A DNA stretch of 64,000 nucleotides from an uncultured archaeon. Its GTDB lineage: Archaea > Thermoproteota > Bathyarchaeia > 40CM-2-53-6 > CALIRQ01. Shown one piece after another: positions 45,311 to 55,213 of this stretch. The translations under genes were made by a program, and so were the position numbers. The stretch lies in NCBI GenBank assembly GCA_938042195.1, contig CALIRQ010000009.1, forward strand, positions 72,262 through 136,261, given 5' to 3'. How positions within the stretch are numbered: position 1 is the first letter of the stretch; each line of letters begins with the position of its first letter. The notes under the pieces were generated by a model that saw nothing but the letters and a program-made list of their open reading frames with translations, had not been told where the DNA came from and did no database searches.

Positions 45311-47539
45311 TCATGGCAATAGGGATCTCTGCTCAAACCCCTTTCGCTTCTCCTTCAGGAGTGCCCAATCCTCCGGGGCGATCTTCCCGCCCGCGTATTC
45401 CTTTATCCTCTTCGCGATCGCGGGGCCTATCGTCGGGACGCTGAGCAATTCACCAACGGTTGCCCTCCTGAGGCTCTCCTCATCCCTATAGCCGGCATTA
45501 TATAGCGCCCTCGCCCTAACCCTCCCCACCCCCTCGATCCTCACGAGGAACAGGAGCTCCCGCTTGACCCCATGCCTGACTCGGGGGATGAGCTCCTCGA
45601 GTACGCGCATGTATTCCCCCTTGCCCAATAGCTTCGAGATCTCCCTCGTCGCGTGGAGGAGCCATTCCGCGTTCTCGACGAGCCTGAGCAGGTCCCCCGG
45701 CTCCACCCCGTGCCTCTCCAAGATCCTCTCCTCGCCAACCTCCCCTATCCAATCCATCAGGACCGATGCGCATTTAACTTCCGCCAAGAACTCCTCATAC
45801 CCATAGTAGGATTCGGGGCTTAGGGGCTCCAATAGGAACTCGCCCTCGTGCTCCTCCGCCAATGCCTCGAGCCATTCGTATTCCCTGCGCCTCGGGTAGG
45901 GCCTCGGGGCCATATCCGGGGTCCTGGAGATGAGGTGGAGGAAGCTGAACTCCGTTATCCTCTCCGCGCCATTGAGGAGGCCGTCCCTGATTATGACGGC
46001 TGAGAGGGGATCTATGTAGAGCTCGGATACCCTCTTGCCGAACTCCGTGGCGAAGATCCTCCGCCGCCTGAGCTCGATCATGCCCTCCTTGTATAGGAAG
46101 GAGAGGACCTTCCCGAGCTTCGGCCTCACGCTCTCCATACCGTATTGGAAGGCGCAGAGGGTCTTCCCGAAGAAATCGCTCAAGCCCTCCTCGGAGCTCG
46201 CGTAGCCGGTCGCTAAGGTCGCCAATACATGCGGCCTGAGGACGCCCTCCATGGCCATCTTCGACCACAGCCTCTCCGGCTTGGCCATGACGTAGCTCTC
46301 CATCAGCATATCCCTCTCGTCCTCGCTCCTCGCGATCAATATGGCCTCACCGTAATCGTCGAACCTCGGCCTACCGGCCCTCCCGCAAAGTTGCTTATAC
46401 TCCAAGACCGAGATCGGGGATCTGCCGAAGCCTGGCTCGTACCTCTCGTGGCTACTTATTATCACGGATCTCGCGGGCAGGTTGACACCGGCCGCCAAGG
46501 TGGGCGTAGCGACCAAGGCCTTTATCCAACCATCCCTAAAGCCGTTCTCGATGATCTCCCTATCCCTCGTAGATAAGCCGGCATGGTGGAAGGCCACGCC
46601 ATCGGCCACGAGGCCCGAGAGGGCCTCGCTCAGCCTCGTTCGCGAATCGCCCTCCAAGATCGACCTCGAGATCGCCCTCAAGCGCTTAGCCTCCCCCCTC
46701 CCGAGGATGTGCTTCACGTATGCGGATGCCTTCCTCGCCATGCCCATCGCCGACCTCCTGGTATCGGAAAAGATCAAGACCTGGCCCCCCGACCTGAGGG
46801 TCTCCAAAGCCACGTCTATGACCGGATTCCCTGATTCCTGCGGGATCCTCCTCGATGAGCCATCGTTGAAGCAAACCTCCCCGTCGCAATATATCCCCTC
46901 CCTGAGGGGGACGGGCCTCCACTCGGTCGCGATGCGCTTCGCGCCAAGCCAATCGGCTATCTCGTCGATGTTGCTCACTGTGGCGCTCAGGGCCAGCACC
47001 CGGATCCTCGGGGCCACGGCCCTCAACCTTGTTAAGGTCGCCTCCAAGGTCGGCCCCCTATGGGGATCCGTTAGCAAATGAACCTCGTCCGCGACGACGA
47101 TGGAGACCTCCTCAAGCCATTTGGCCCTATGCCGGAGCAGGCTATCGGCTTTCTCGTTGGTGGATATGATGACGTCGTACCTGGAGAGGTGGGGATCGGA
47201 AGTGTCGTAATCGCCGCTCGTTATAGCGATCCTGACCTTGCCCCCCGACGCCTTCTCGAGGCCCTTGTACTTGGAGAAATCCCCGTACTTCTCCCTGGCC
47301 AGGGCCCTCAATGGCGTGAGGTAAAGCGCCTTCCCGCTCCTCTCGAGGACCTCCTTCATGACGACTATCTCGGCCACGAGGGTCTTGCCGCTCGCGGTCG
47401 GGCTCGCCAGGACCAGGTTCCCCTCATCCAATACGCCCGACCTGAGGGCATCGGCTTGGGGAGGGTATAACTCCCTATAGCCATTCTCGGTAAGGACTCG
47501 CATCAGCTCTTTGGGTATGTCCAGCTCCTCGATCCCCAA
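45311..47539 (-). CDS. hel308: ATP-dependent DNA helicase Hel308 (Hjm, Ski2-like)
   Basis: 742 aa with SPTASGKT, a DEVH box, a winged helix, and a C-terminal HhH (GIGPAIAKRI). Confidence 0.9.
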   Translation of the reverse strand: MGIEELDIPKELMRVLTENGYRELYPPQADALRSGVLDEGNLVLASPTASGKTLVAEIVVMKEVLERSGKALYLTPLRALAREKYGDFSKYKGLEKASGGKVRIAITSGDYDTSDPHLSRYDVIISTNEKADSLLRHRAKWLEEVSIVVADEVHLLTDPHRGPTLEATLTRLRAVAPRIRVLALSATVSNIDEIADWLGAKRIATEWRPVPLREGIYCDGEVCFNDGSSRRIPQESGNPVIDVALETLRSGGQVLIFSDTRRSAMGMARKASAYVKHILGRGEAKRLRAISRSILEGDSRTRLSEALSGLVADGVAFHHAGLSTRDREIIENGFRDGWIKALVATPTLAAGVNLPARSVIISSHERYEPGFGRSPISVLEYKQLCGRAGRPRFDDYGEAILIARSEDERDMLMESYVMAKPERLWSKMAMEGVLRPHVLATLATGYASSEEGLSDFFGKTLCAFQYGMESVRPKLGKVLSFLYKEGMIELRRRRIFATEFGKRVSELYIDPLSAVIIRDGLLNGAERITEFSFLHLISRTPDMAPRPYPRRREYEWLEALAEEHEGEFLLEPLSPESYYGYEEFLAEVKCASVLMDWIGEVGEERILERHGVEPGDLLRLVENAEWLLHATREISKLLGKGEYMRVLEELIPRVRHGVKRELLFLVRIEGVGRVRARALYNAGYRDEESLRRATVGELLSVPTIGPAIAKRIKEYAGGKIAPEDWALLKEKRKGFEQRSLLP

Positions 47540-47567
47540 AGCCGAAGCCCTCCCCCATCGGACCGGG

Positions 47568-49616
47568 TCATATCAAGGCCCTCTTGTACTGACCGGGCTT
47601 CGGCGAGTATATTATCCCCTCCTTAACCAGCTGGTTCAGTACAGAGGCCACTTCCGCCTCGCTCATGCCATATTGGCTCGCGAGCGTTCCCTTCAGCCTT
47701 TCCTCCTCCGCCGCCCCGTACTCCTTCTCCTCCTTGGCTATCTCCCCCATGATCGCCTGCATCTTATCCCTCAGGCTCTTGGGCTTGCCGGTCATTATGA
47801 CGTCGATATCGATCTTACCGGTCGCAACGTCGATCCCGACGTGCTGTAGGGAGATCGTCATTAACCTTATAGCGGCCTTAGCGTCCTCGGAGGTGACCTT
47901 GTCCCTGAGGAAGCACCTGGCCCTAGCCTCGGATATCCTGATCAGGGCCTCTAGCTGCCTCGGGGTTATGGCGATCGGGGAATCGGAGGCGCCTGAGGTC
48001 GCCCTCATCTTGAGGTAGAAGTCCTTCAATTCCCTTATGGCCTCATCGGTCAGGGTGGGCGTGATCCTCTTCGCGTAGCTTATGTACTTCCTCAGGATCT
48101 CGGGCGGCAATGGGGAGACCTCGGGCATGGGGGTGGCCCTGATCTGATGGGTCCGAAGTATGTGGTCCGACATCTTCCTATCGAGTTCTTCGTCGGGCAT
48201 ATCCCTGAAGACGAATATGAGGTCGAACCTGGATAGTATGGTTATGGGGAGGTTTATGTTCTCGCTAACGTTCCTATAGGGATCGTATCTGCCCAGCGCC
48301 GGGTTAGCGGCGGCGAGCACGGAAGTCCTGGCGTTAAGCGTGGCGACGATGCCCCCCTTGGCCACTGAAACGGTTTGCTGCTCCATCGCTTCATGTATGG
48401 CTACCCTATCCTCCGGCCTCATCTTGTCTATCTCGTCTATCGAGCAGACCCCCTTATCCGCCAATACCAAGGCCCCGGCTTCGAGGGCCATCCCGCCGGA
48501 TTTCTCCCTTATAACGGCCGCCGTCAAGCCGGCTGCGGTGGATCCCCTGCCGCTCGTATACAATCCCCTAGGGGCGACCCTGGCGACGTATTGCAGGAGC
48601 GCGCTCTTGGCAGTTCCTGGGTCCCCGACCAGCAATATGTTCATATCACCCCGAAGGTTTATGCCATCAGGGAGCTCCTTCCTGACGCCGCCGTGGAGGA
48701 GGTACAATATGGCCTCCTTCACATCCTCATATCCATAGATCGATGGCGCTATGGACATCTTCAGCCTATTCAGGATCCACGGATCCTTCGAGAGGCCCTT
48801 AAGGTATCTCTCATCCTCCGGCGTTATCTCGAGGATCTCCGCCTCCCTGCCGGATACGTCGACGTAGTTGGCATCGAGGTAGAGCTCGAAGGTCCTGAGC
48901 CCTCCCCTCCTCCCCGCCATCGTTTGCTGCGCCCTCACTATGCCGGTTATCGACGCCCTATCGCCAGGCCTTGCCGCATCGACCAAATCGTCCCTAAGGG
49001 TCACGTCTATGGACCTTGGGAGCTGGCCGGGTGGGAGCTCCTCCGGCTTCTCTTGGGCGCGTATCTCCTGCGAATCTATGAAGCTCGACTCCTTCTCGTC
49101 GAAATCGAATTGCCTCGCCTTGCAATTGGCACAGAAGAGCGGGACCCTCATGAGCGGCCCCTTCTGCTCGACGAGGGTTATCTCGTTGCACCTCCTGCAC
49201 CTGAAGGCCGCCTTGACGACAAGCGGCTGTACCGGGGTCGCCCTTACGATTATGGCATCGATCATCACCAATTTCCCGATGTGATCGGCTCTTATCCTCC
49301 TGAGCGACAGCCTCTCGGGCAAGCCCCTGAACCTGACGAAGAACTCCCCGACCTGCTCCGCGTATTCGGGATCCTCGATCCTCATCTGCTCCAAGATGGA
49401 TGCATTGGCGTACTTCAGGGCCTCGTCCGGGTTGTTGACGATCTCCTTCGCCAGCTCGGGGTCGAAGGCCATTAGGTCCTCGAAGTCGACGATCAGTGAT
49501 TTGGAGCCCGTGAGGGCCATTTGGGACAGCCTCCTCCTGTACTTTTGCTCCTCGATCTCGGTCCTGAAGCCCCTCAGGAATTCCCTGAAGCTCTCTTGGA
49601 GCTCCGCCGTGCTCAT
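47568..49616 (-). CDS. mcm: Replicative helicase MCM
   Basis: 682 aa with a Zn finger (CRRCNE...CANCK), Walker A GDPGTAKS, Walker B IDEIDKM, an Arg finger SRFD and a C-terminal wH. Confidence 0.95.
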   Translation of the reverse strand: MSTAELQESFREFLRGFRTEIEEQKYRRRLSQMALTGSKSLIVDFEDLMAFDPELAKEIVNNPDEALKYANASILEQMRIEDPEYAEQVGEFFVRFRGLPERLSLRRIRADHIGKLVMIDAIIVRATPVQPLVVKAAFRCRRCNEITLVEQKGPLMRVPLFCANCKARQFDFDEKESSFIDSQEIRAQEKPEELPPGQLPRSIDVTLRDDLVDAARPGDRASITGIVRAQQTMAGRRGGLRTFELYLDANYVDVSGREAEILEITPEDERYLKGLSKDPWILNRLKMSIAPSIYGYEDVKEAILYLLHGGVRKELPDGINLRGDMNILLVGDPGTAKSALLQYVARVAPRGLYTSGRGSTAAGLTAAVIREKSGGMALEAGALVLADKGVCSIDEIDKMRPEDRVAIHEAMEQQTVSVAKGGIVATLNARTSVLAAANPALGRYDPYRNVSENINLPITILSRFDLIFVFRDMPDEELDRKMSDHILRTHQIRATPMPEVSPLPPEILRKYISYAKRITPTLTDEAIRELKDFYLKMRATSGASDSPIAITPRQLEALIRISEARARCFLRDKVTSEDAKAAIRLMTISLQHVGIDVATGKIDIDVIMTGKPKSLRDKMQAIMGEIAKEEKEYGAAEEERLKGTLASQYGMSEAEVASVLNQLVKEGIIYSPKPGQYKRALI

Positions 49617-50164
49617 CGGGCATCCCCCTCAAGTGCCGCGAAGCCCTTCCAAGCCATTATCACGGATCGCACGCCCTCCAACAACAACCTCTCCTCCGGC
49701 GTGAGGTTCTTAAGCGCCTCCTCCGATTCGGCGCCGGCGGAGGCTATCGATAGGATCTTCCGGATCCTGCAGTTCAATATCTCCTCGAACAATCCCATGG
49801 CCTTCTCAAGCTCCATCAGCTTGGAGCCGTCCGCCTTGGAAGCGGCCCTCAAGTTCGATAGGTACTCCTTCATCTTGAAATAGAAATCCTTTCCTACGGC
49901 CGATATCTGCCTAGTCGCCGGGATCGTCTCCCTCCAATGGATCTTCGAGAGCTGGATCAGGTCCATCCTCGCGGAATCGGCCGGCTTCGCCAATCCGGCC
50001 TCGGAGAGCTTCCGAGAGATCCAATATAGCACCTCAATCTCCGCCCCGGCGCTTGCCTCCAGATCTCCCCCGCAGACCCTGAGCTTGACGGGCTTGAGGA
50101 GGCGCATTTTGATCGGAGAGTTCTCGAACTCGATATGTATATCCCCGAAGCTCATGCCGCCCAA
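49613..50164 (-). CDS. gins23: GINS complex subunit (Gins23-like, B-domain then A-domain order)
   Basis: 183 aa, translationally coupled upstream of mcm as in Sulfolobus. The N-terminal part is beta-rich and the C-terminal part is helical with CRIRKIL. Confidence 0.55.
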   Translation of the reverse strand: MGGMSFGDIHIEFENSPIKMRLLKPVKLRVCGGDLEASAGAEIEVLYWISRKLSEAGLAKPADSARMDLIQLSKIHWRETIPATRQISAVGKDFYFKMKEYLSNLRAASKADGSKLMELEKAMGLFEEILNCRIRKILSIASAGAESEEALKNLTPEERLLLEGVRSVIMAWKGFAALEGDAR

Positions 50165-50620
50165 GGACCCCTCGCCAGAATCGCTTATGGCGAATGGATT
50201 ACTTTACCCTTACCCCAGCCGGCGGGCCGGCCCAGGGGTCGGCGGGATCGGATGCGCCTTAAGCGATATAACGCCGTAGCCCCCTATAGGGGGGTGGTCG
50301 CAAATGGGCCGTCTTGAAATCTCGAATGAAATCAAAAGAAATCAAATGAATCGAATCCAGGCCGAAAGGGGCCCATTTTGGGCCCCATCTCGGCGAAAGG
50401 GGCTCGAATAATCGAGGGAAATCAAGCGCCAAAATCAGGGGATGCGGAAGAAAGCCTGCCGCGGCAGGCCGTACAACCGTACGACTGGGGCGGAGGAAAT
50501 CCTCGCCCCTTCGCCGAAAGCTCAATTTGGGAAAGAATGAGGCGTATTATGATTTTTTCGACCTATTTAAACGAAAGTTTTTAAAGCAATAATTCCATAA
50601 CCTTTGAATTAGGGTGTCAA
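50165..50620. promoter_or_regulatory. Divergent promoter / structured regulatory intergenic region (gins-mcm versus gdhA)
   Basis: 456 nt with perfect palindromes CCCCCTATAGGGGGG, GGGGCCCATTTTGGGCCCC and GCCTGCCGCGGCAGGC, five GAAATC repeats, and an AT-rich TATA-like tract tttaaacgaaagtttttaaag about 30 nt before the gdhA start. Confidence 0.4.
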
Positions 50621-51868
50621 TTGAGCGGAAGGGAGTTTTACCGGGATACGCTGGGGAAGATAGATCGCTCGGCCGAGAAGCTTGGGCTCGATAAGGGCGT
50701 AAGGGAGATATTGAGGTATCCCCGCAGGGTTATCGAGGTTTACCTCCCGGTCAGGATGGACGATGGGTCCCTCAAGGTGTTTTGGGGATGCCGAGTTCAG
50801 CATAACTCCGCCAGGGGCCCCTATAAGGGCGGGATAAGGTATCACGAGAGCACAGATCTAGAGGAGGTCAAGGCCCTCGCGGCGCTGATGACGTTCAAAT
50901 CCGCCGTCGCCGATATACCGTTCGGCGGGGCGAAGGGCGGGGTGGCCTGCAACCCAAAGGCCCTCTCGAGGGGGGAGCTGGAGAGGATAACGAGGCGCTA
51001 TACGGCGGCGCTGGCGAACGACATTGGCCCCTACACCGACATCCCGGCTCCAGATGTGAACACGAATCCCCAAACGATGGCTTGGATCGTCGATACCTAT
51101 AGCCAACTCAAGGGGAGGAAGGTCCCGGAGGTTGTGACCGGGAAGCCGATCAGCATAGGGGGATCCCAAGGGAGGGAGGAGGCCACGGGAAGGGGGGTGG
51201 CGATATGCGCCGAGGAAGCGATGAAGTACAAGGGGCTGGATCCCCAATCGGTAACGATCGCCCTACAGGGCTTTGGGAACGTCGGCACCCATGCGGCCCT
51301 GGCGCTCTCGGAGCTGGGCTGTAAGATAATCGCGGTCAGCGATTCGAAGGGTGGCGTTTACGATTCCGAGGGCCTCCCGATCAAGGACTTGATCGAGCAT
51401 AAGCGAAGGACCGGCTCCGTCGTCGGCTTCCGAAACGGCTCCGAGATCGGGAGCGAGGCCGTTTTGGAGGTGGAGTGCGATGTCCTCATACCGGCCGCCC
51501 TCCAGAACGCCATAACAAAGGAGAACGCGAATAGGATAAGGGCCAAGGTCATGGTAGAGGGGGCCAACGGGCCGACGACGACCGAGGCCGATAAGATCTT
51601 GGAGAGAAGGGGCGTATTCGTCGTCCCGGATATATTGGCAAACGCCGGCGGGGTCATAGTCAGCTATTTCGAATGGACGCAGAACCTAAGGAGGGAATAT
51701 TGGGACTTGGAGGAGGTCAGGGGAAAGCTCGAGAAGAGGCTCAAATGCCAATTCAAAAGGGTCTTGGAGACATCAGAGGAGTTCAAGGTCCCGATGAAGG
51801 AGGGGGCCTTCATACTTGGCATTAAGAGGGTCGCCGAGGCGCTGGAGACGCTAGGCCTCTTCCCATGA
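50621..51868 (+). CDS. gdhA: Glutamate dehydrogenase
   Basis: 415 aa with the GGxKGG active-site region (PFGGAKGGV) and a Rossmann GFGNVG. Confidence 0.95.
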   Translation: MSGREFYRDTLGKIDRSAEKLGLDKGVREILRYPRRVIEVYLPVRMDDGSLKVFWGCRVQHNSARGPYKGGIRYHESTDLEEVKALAALMTFKSAVADIPFGGAKGGVACNPKALSRGELERITRRYTAALANDIGPYTDIPAPDVNTNPQTMAWIVDTYSQLKGRKVPEVVTGKPISIGGSQGREEATGRGVAICAEEAMKYKGLDPQSVTIALQGFGNVGTHAALALSELGCKIIAVSDSKGGVYDSEGLPIKDLIEHKRRTGSVVGFRNGSEIGSEAVLEVECDVLIPAALQNAITKENANRIRAKVMVEGANGPTTTEADKILERRGVFVVPDILANAGGVIVSYFEWTQNLRREYWDLEEVRGKLEKRLKCQFKRVLETSEEFKVPMKEGAFILGIKRVAEALETLGLFP

Positions 51869-51987
51869 GCGGGCGCCATCGGCCGAGCTGCCCCGAGGAT
51901 CCCCCAAGGGGCCCAATTGAAATATCGTCGCGGCGGCCCAAAGCCTTATCTTATTATGCCCCATGAGCGGGCCTTAGGGCGATCTAA

Positions 51988-52962
51988 ATGGCCGAGGAGA
52001 GGCATATGATGTGGACGGAGAAGTATAGGCCGAGGACCTTGGATGAGATAAGGGATCAAAGCGAGATCGTTTCGAGGCTAAAGAAGTTCGTAGAGGAGAG
52101 GAGCATGCCGCATTGCCTCTTCGCCGGCCCGCCCGGGACCGGCAAGACGACGGCCGCGCTCTGCTTGGCCCATGACCTCTTCGGCGAGAGGTTCATGGAC
52201 CTGTTCATGGAGCTGAACGCGAGCGATGAGAGGGGGATAGACGTTATCAGGACGACCGTGAAGGAGTTCGCGAGGGCCGCAGCGATCAGCGAGGCCCCTT
52301 TCAAGATATTGGTCCTCGATGAGGCTGATAACATGACGGGTGATGCACAGCAGGCCCTCAGGCGGACGATGGAGAGATATACGGACACGTGCAGGTTCAT
52401 CCTGTGCTGCAATTACTCAAGCAAGATAATCGAGCCGATACAATCCCGCTGCGCCATCTTCCGGTTCTCCCCATTGGGGGAGGGAGACGTAAAGGACTTC
52501 TTGGGGTGGATAGCCAAAAACGAGGGCGTTGATATAACGGATGGGGGCTTGGGGGCGATCGCGAGGATCTCCGAGGGGGATTTGAGGAGGGCGATAAATC
52601 TCCTCCAAGCCGCCTCGTCGCTAAAGGGGGAGATCGACGAGGATTCCATCCATCGCCTCGCCGGCCGGATAGAGCCCAGATATGCGAAGGAGATATTGGA
52701 GTTGGCCATAAAGGGGAACTTCTCCGAATCCAGGAAGAGGCTGAGGAGCCTCCTCCTAGAGAAGGGCCTCTCGCCCTTGGATATCATAAGGCAGATCCAC
52801 GGCGAGATATTCCAGATCGAGCTCCAGGAGAGGGACAAGCTCCTCTTGGCCGAGATGCTCGGGGAAGCGGATTTCAGGATATCCCAGGGGGGGGACCCCG
52901 AGGTCCAGATGAGCGCCTTCTTGGCGAAGCTGGCTTCGCTATCCTCGAGGCCCAGGGGCTGA
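51988..52962 (+). CDS. rfcS: Replication factor C small subunit
   Basis: 324 aa with KYRP, Walker A GPPGTGKT, DEADNMT and an SRC motif. No intein is present. Confidence 0.95.
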   Translation: MAEERHMMWTEKYRPRTLDEIRDQSEIVSRLKKFVEERSMPHCLFAGPPGTGKTTAALCLAHDLFGERFMDLFMELNASDERGIDVIRTTVKEFARAAAISEAPFKILVLDEADNMTGDAQQALRRTMERYTDTCRFILCCNYSSKIIEPIQSRCAIFRFSPLGEGDVKDFLGWIAKNEGVDITDGGLGAIARISEGDLRRAINLLQAASSLKGEIDEDSIHRLAGRIEPRYAKEILELAIKGNFSESRKRLRSLLLEKGLSPLDIIRQIHGEIFQIELQERDKLLLAEMLGEADFRISQGGDPEVQMSAFLAKLASLSSRPRG

Positions 52963-52966
52963 AGCC

Positions 52967-54229
52967 ATGCGGCCCGCCGAGCAATGGGAGGAGAAGTATA
53001 GGCCATCCAGCATCTCGGAGATCGTTGGGAACAAGGAGGCAATCGGGCGGCTGGTCGAATGGGTTAGGAAATGGGGGAAGGACCCAAAGGCCAAGAGGGG
53101 CGCTTTGATATATGGCCCGCCAGGCAGCGGCAAGACCGTCGCGGTCGAGGCGCTGGCGAGGGACCTCGGCTTGGACCTCATAGAGGTGAACGCGAGCGAC
53201 GATCGATCCAAGGGGAAGCTCGAGAGGATGATCGGGGGCGCCGCCAGCGGGATGAGCATACTCGGCAAGGGGAAAATATTATTCCTAGACGAGGTCGATG
53301 GAATGAGCCCATCCATGGATTCGGGCGCAATGGATTACATCGATGAGCTCCTATCCAAGGCCAATTACCCGGTGATCCTCGCCGCCAATAACGCTTGGGA
53401 TCCGAAACTCGGGAGGATAAGGCAAAAGTGCGAGCTGATCGAGTTCAAGAGGATCGGGGTAAGGGAGGCGGTCCCGTTCCTGAAGAGGGTAGCCGAGGAG
53501 GAGGGCATAAGGGCCGATCCGGAGGCCTTGAAGCTCTTGGCGGAGCGGAACAGGGGCGATCTGAGGGCCATGCTGAAGGATTTGCAAACGCTCTCCCATC
53601 CCGGCGGGGCGTTGACGAAGGAGGATGTCCAAGGGGCATCCCGAAGGGATCGAACCGATTTGATATTCAACGTCCTCAAGAACGTATTCTCGGCGAAGAG
53701 CTGCCAATCCGCGAAGATCGCCATCAATGAGGCCGAGGTGGATCACGAGATGCTTTTCGAGTGGATCTACGAGAACGCCCCGCTGTGGCTCTCGGACCCG
53801 GGCGACCTGGCCAATGGTATGGAGGCCCTAGCCAAGGCGGATCTGCTCTTCAACATAGCCAAGAGGGAGCAGAATTGGGGCCTGATCTCCTACGCCATCG
53901 ATTTAATGACCGCTGGGGTCGCCATGGCCAAGGAGAGGTCGAGGGCCGGATGGGTTCCGATGAGGTTCCCCGAGAGGATAGCCCTGATGGCCAAGACCAG
54001 ATCGGAGAGGGCCATTAGGCAAAGGGTCCTCGGGAGGATCGCGAGGCGATGCCACCTCTCGAGGGCATCTGCCAGCGCGAGCGTGTTGCCCTATGTCCTC
54101 GAGATAGCCAGGAACGATTCGAAGGCCTTCAAGGGCCTCGCGGAATGGTTCGGGTTCGATGGCGAAGAGATCGAGTTCCTGAAGTCCCTTTGCGGATCCC
54201 CCGCGCGCCGGGGGTCCAAGGAGGCCTAG
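52967..54229 (+). CDS. rfcL: Replication factor C large subunit
   Basis: 420 aa with KYRP, GPPGSGKT and a DEVD box, immediately downstream of rfcS. Confidence 0.9.
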   Translation: MRPAEQWEEKYRPSSISEIVGNKEAIGRLVEWVRKWGKDPKAKRGALIYGPPGSGKTVAVEALARDLGLDLIEVNASDDRSKGKLERMIGGAASGMSILGKGKILFLDEVDGMSPSMDSGAMDYIDELLSKANYPVILAANNAWDPKLGRIRQKCELIEFKRIGVREAVPFLKRVAEEEGIRADPEALKLLAERNRGDLRAMLKDLQTLSHPGGALTKEDVQGASRRDRTDLIFNVLKNVFSAKSCQSAKIAINEAEVDHEMLFEWIYENAPLWLSDPGDLANGMEALAKADLLFNIAKREQNWGLISYAIDLMTAGVAMAKERSRAGWVPMRFPERIALMAKTRSERAIRQRVLGRIARRCHLSRASASASVLPYVLEIARNDSKAFKGLAEWFGFDGEEIEFLKSLCGSPARRGSKEA

Positions 54230-54741
54230 CCCCTCCTCAAATGCTCCACTATATGCGCCGCTTCCGGTATTATCAGGTTCTCCACGGCCAACTCGACGGC
54301 CTCGGGCGATCCGGGGAGGCAGAATATGACGGATTCTCCTCGGATGCCCGCGGCGGCCCTCGTGAGGAGGGCCGGACTGCCTATCCTCTCGAAGCTGATG
54401 TGCCTGAAGAGCTCCCCGAAGCCGGGTAGGTCCTTCTCGAATAGCTTCGATACGGCCTCTATGGTCACGTCGCCCTTCCCTATGCCCGTCCCCCCAGTAA
54501 TTATGACGACGTCGGCCCCCTTGAGGGCCTCCAATACCGCCCCCAATATGGCCGACTCCTCATCGGGGACCATTGCCCTCATGGTTAGCTCGTGGCCCCT
54601 CCTCCCCATAAGTCTCGCGATCGTTTCGCCGGAGATATCGGGCTCGCCGGAGCCCTTGCTTCGTGAAGTGCTGCATGTTATGACGGCGAATTTCACGCTC
54701 TTCGGCGCCCTCCCCTTATGCGCCTCGGAGGTCTCGCTCAA
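54226..54741 (-). CDS. moaB: Molybdenum cofactor biosynthesis protein MoaB/MogA family
   Basis: 171 aa with GGTGIGKGD and an MoaB/MogA fold signature. Confidence 0.85.
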   Translation of the reverse strand: MSETSEAHKGRAPKSVKFAVITCSTSRSKGSGEPDISGETIARLMGRRGHELTMRAMVPDEESAILGAVLEALKGADVVIITGGTGIGKGDVTIEAVSKLFEKDLPGFGELFRHISFERIGSPALLTRAAAGIRGESVIFCLPGSPEAVELAVENLIIPEAAHIVEHLRRG

Positions 54742-55196
54742 ACGGCCTCCCCCTTCCTCTTCCTCTCCACCCTTATCGCCCTTATCTCCGTGAACGGATA
54801 TTGTCCTTCCTCGTCCTTCTCGTACTTCTTAACCATGTCCCAAACGGTCAGGAGGAACGCGGAAACTGCGGCCAGCGCCTCCATCTCAACGCCCGTCTTG
54901 GACGCCGCCCTCACCCTTGCCCTGACTTCGATGGAATCCTCGTTGAGGCGATGCTCAAGTTGGACGTGTGCGATTTGGATTGGGTGGCAAAGCGGTATCA
55001 TCTGGCTCGCGTTCTTGGCAGCCATTATCGCGGCTATCTCCGCCGCGTATATGGGATCCCCCTTCTCGATCCGCTCGCCCCTTATCAGCTCGATCGTCTC
55101 CCTCCTCATTCGGATCTCGCCGAACGCCACCGCCTCCCTCACTACGTCGCCCTTCCCCGAGATATCGACCATCCTCACCCTGCTCATAGCGCTCAT
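54738..55196 (-). CDS. moaC: Cyclic pyranopterin monophosphate synthase MoaC
   Basis: 152 aa with the conserved MIPLCHP motif. Confidence 0.9.
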   Translation of the reverse strand: MSAMSRVRMVDISGKGDVVREAVAFGEIRMRRETIELIRGERIEKGDPIYAAEIAAIMAAKNASQMIPLCHPIQIAHVQLEHRLNEDSIEVRARVRAASKTGVEMEALAAVSAFLLTVWDMVKKYEKDEEGQYPFTEIRAIRVERKRKGEAV

Positions 55197-55213
55197 ATCC
55201 CCCTCGCGGCCGT

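Noticed and set aside
48375-49475. 366-aa plus-strand ORF inside mcm
   Set aside because: It is antisense to MCM and Leu/Pro/Arg/Gly-rich.
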